From contig CAJINV010000001.1 of assembly GCA_905178155.1 (NCBI GenBank), positions 14,632,142 to 14,696,141 of the forward strand: a stretch of 64,000 nucleotides of DNA, written 5' to 3'. This document shows positions 62,164 through 64,000 of this stretch, in pieces. Source of the DNA: Amoebophrya sp. A120 (Eukaryota; Protista; Dinoflagellata). Positions within the stretch are counted from its first letter, which is position 1, and each line of letters opens with the position of its first letter. The notes below the pieces were generated by a model. That model did not search any database. It saw nothing but the letters and a program-made list of their open reading frames with translations, and was not told where the DNA came from. The position numbers and the translations under genes were made by a program.

Positions 62164-63480
62164 TCACAGCTTTGACATGGTTTCCGGTTTGTCGATTTTG
62201 GTGTTACTGTGCAGCCATTCCCCGGTACCCGCAAAAATGTCCTTCTCGAAGAATGCGTCGATTTCCGCGGTTGACTTGAAGTTCACCGTGTCCATGTTTG
62301 CCACCTTTATCGGTGGGAGTGCCATCTCCTGGTCTTTCAGGTTCTCTGGCACCAGTTCCACCGACACGCTCGGATTGACTTCCGGGGAGATAGACTGGGC
62401 GAAGGTGAGAAAATCTTCGTACTTCAGCTGCTTCAGGAACGCGATTGACCTCTCCCGCCGGTCGAAGTCGTTCGTTCGTTCCCGCACCTCGTTCCAGTGC
62501 TCGGCAAACTCGTCGGAGAGTTTCTTGGGTTTCTCCTCCAACTGCACCACGAGAGCTTGCCTGTACTCGTCGAACAGCGCCTCGGTGATGTGACTTGCCT
62601 TCTCTTCCTCGCCGGCCGGTGCCGGAGTTGTATCTTTATTGCTCTCTGCACTAGAAGCCGGGACAAAGTACTCCGTTTGCATCAACTTGCAGAAGTCGAG
62701 TATTCTCTGCGTGCAGACACTCGGAGCGACCTCGGATTGGACGAGGTAAAGGACTTCGGTTTTCTGCGCGTTTTTTACCGCTTGGCTAGCGACGATGTAG
62801 CCGAGCTGCTGCTTGGTGCGCAGCTCGTCGAAGAATTTCTGGGAAACGATCTGGGCGTAGAGACTGGTCTTCATCCAGGTTTCAACACTGGTCTTTCCCA
62901 CCTGGAGGGACAAAATCGAACTTCCGTTCGTCTCGTCCGGGTTGGTCCCAACGAGGCGCATGCCCACGGCCTTGCCCGGTTTCAGGAAAAACGTCGACAT
63001 CGGAGCAATGTGGTCCGACACGGGCGTCGTGCGGCTCTTGGGCGAGAACGTCCCGTTACTTTTTGCTGTCCCGTTACTTTTTGAACTGCTACTCGATGGT
63101 GCAGATGGCGTTAGAGTGCGATTCAGAAAATCCTTCACTAATGCGTCCTTCACCTCTGGCTTTGACAGGTTTCCCATCGCAAGACCTTCGACGTGCACGT
63201 CGTCAAAAACTTTTTCCTGGATGTCGGTCAGGTCCTCGCGCTTCAGCTTCACCAATATCGCAAGCTTCTCACCGAACGTCCGGTGGTTCTTGGTCATCAC
63301 GCGATTTCTCCAGGAAAGCGCCTGCTCGTAGGGCTGGCGTTTCAGACTCGCGTTCAGCAGATCCCGGTGGAAGCGCTCGTAAACCAAGTCGAAGGTTTTC
63401 TGGTTCACCTCGCCGCCCTGGGCGATGCGATCAGAGACCGCGGCCAGGAGCACATTCAACTTGTCATCGTAGCCAGCGAC
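62164..63480 (-). CDS. Insulin-degrading enzyme/pitrilysin-like M16A peptidase, last exon (5' part outside window)
   Basis: Acceptor TTTTACTAG|GTC GCT GGC TAC GAT GAC AAG (VAGYDDKL); FFDELRTKQQLGYIV and HVEGLAMGNL motifs of the M16 C-terminal half. Confidence 0.9.
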   Translation of the reverse strand, partial: VAGYDDKLNVLLAAVSDRIAQGGEVNQKTFDLVYERFHRDLLNASLKRQPYEQALSWRNRVMTKNHRTFGEKLAILVKLKREDLTDIQEKVFDDVHVEGLAMGNLSKPEVKDALVKDFLNRTLTPSAPSSSSSKSNGTAKSNGTFSPKSRTTPVSDHIAPMSTFFLKPGKAVGMRLVGTNPDETNGSSILSLQVGKTSVETWMKTSLYAQIVSQKFFDELRTKQQLGYIVASQAVKNAQKTEVLYLVQSEVAPSVCTQRILDFCKLMQTEYFVPASSAESNKDTTPAPAGEEEKASHITEALFDEYRQALVVQLEEKPKKLSDEFAEHWNEVRERTNDFDRRERSIAFLKQLKYEDFLTFAQSISPEVNPSVSVELVPENLKDQEMALPPIKVANMDTVNFKSTAEIDAFFEKDIFAGTGEWLHSNTKIDKPETMSKL

Positions 63481-63658
63481 CTAGTAAAATCATTTTCATA
63501 TATTTTGTTTCACTTGCATCAACATCAATTATCAAAAAGAGGGTCATATTAGACCGACGCTGCGCTGGTGGCGGCGAGCGCCCGCATCCAAGCACAGCTC
63601 AATCTCTACCATGACTAGTTATAAGTCAGAAAACCCATTATTTAATAGTATCCCGCAA

Positions 63659-63845
63659 TAAAAACGAACAATAGAAACGAAAAACGAAAACGAACAATGA
63701 AAACGAAAAACGAAAACAAAGAATGGAAACGAAAAACGAAAACAAAGAATGGAAACGAAAAACGAAAACAAAGAATGGAAACGAAAAACGAAAACAAAGA
63801 ATGAAAACAAAAAACGAAAACAAAGAAACGAAAAACAACAACAAT
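63659..63845. repeat. A-rich 26-bp minisatellite (GAATGGAAACGAAAAACGAAAACAAA) in the peptidase intron
   Basis: GAATG at 63721, 63747, 63773 and 63799. Confidence 0.9.
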
Positions 63846-63883
63846 GGAATGCAGACAAAGCGCCCAAGCTTCTAAGCGGCGAC

Positions 63884-64000
63884 GCCTCGAAACGATGAGG
63901 CCTCGAAACGCCGAAGGAAGCAGCGAAGCCTCGAAGCAGCGAAGCCTCGAAACAGCGAAGCCTCGAAGCAGCGAAGCCTCGAAGCAGCGGAGCCCCGAAG
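63884..64000. repeat. 16-bp minisatellite (GCCTCGAAGCAGCGAA), runs off the window end
   Basis: Units at 63928, 63944, 63960 and 63976. Confidence 0.9.

Noticed and set aside
41022-63331. Plus-strand ORFs overlapping the large minus-strand genes (e.g. 47179-48033, 51606-52826, 61766-62593)
   Set aside because: Antisense shadows of real coding sequence.
1-64000. Dinoflagellate spliced-leader relics, tRNA, rRNA, or transposase/reverse-transcriptase ORFs
   Set aside because: None recognised by eye on either strand; tRNAscan-SE, Infernal and an HMM search would be needed to exclude them.

Overview
Eukaryotic, intron-containing genomic DNA. Every credible protein-coding gene lies on the minus strand and most proteins are rich in low-complexity sequence, which suggests a dinoflagellate/Syndiniales (Amoebophrya-like) alveolate; this taxonomy is inference. 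The right third (40.9-63.5 kb) holds ordinary genes: a ~2,760-aa protein with a C-terminal GAS2/GAR domain, a membrane protein, a putatively secreted disordered protein, an MFSD1-like transporter and the last exon of an M16 insulinase-type peptidase. The left two-thirds is a dynamic accessory region with several layers. (i) Two satellite arrays. (ii) A pair of multi-exon paralogs, largely invisible in the ORF track, with a coiled coil, a 147-nt conserved exon and a small helical C-terminal domain. (iii) A spliced chimeric gene in which a ~30-aa ABCG Walker-B/D-loop fragment, split by an intron, is joined in frame to a basic Trp-repeat region and a divergent adenylate kinase. (iv) A tandem array of an unknown three-exon gene family (two intact copies at ~45% identity by eye, one decayed) with a ubiquitin-like/Crinkler-like header, whose non-coding flanks are far more conserved than its exons. 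(v) Sharply bounded GC-rich tracts, some of which are decayed gene copies and appear to have drifted AT->GC. (vi) Perfect DNA hairpins, hAT-like termini and minisatellites. Exon structures were inferred by hand from GT-AG signals and paralog alignment, and all identities are by-eye estimates.
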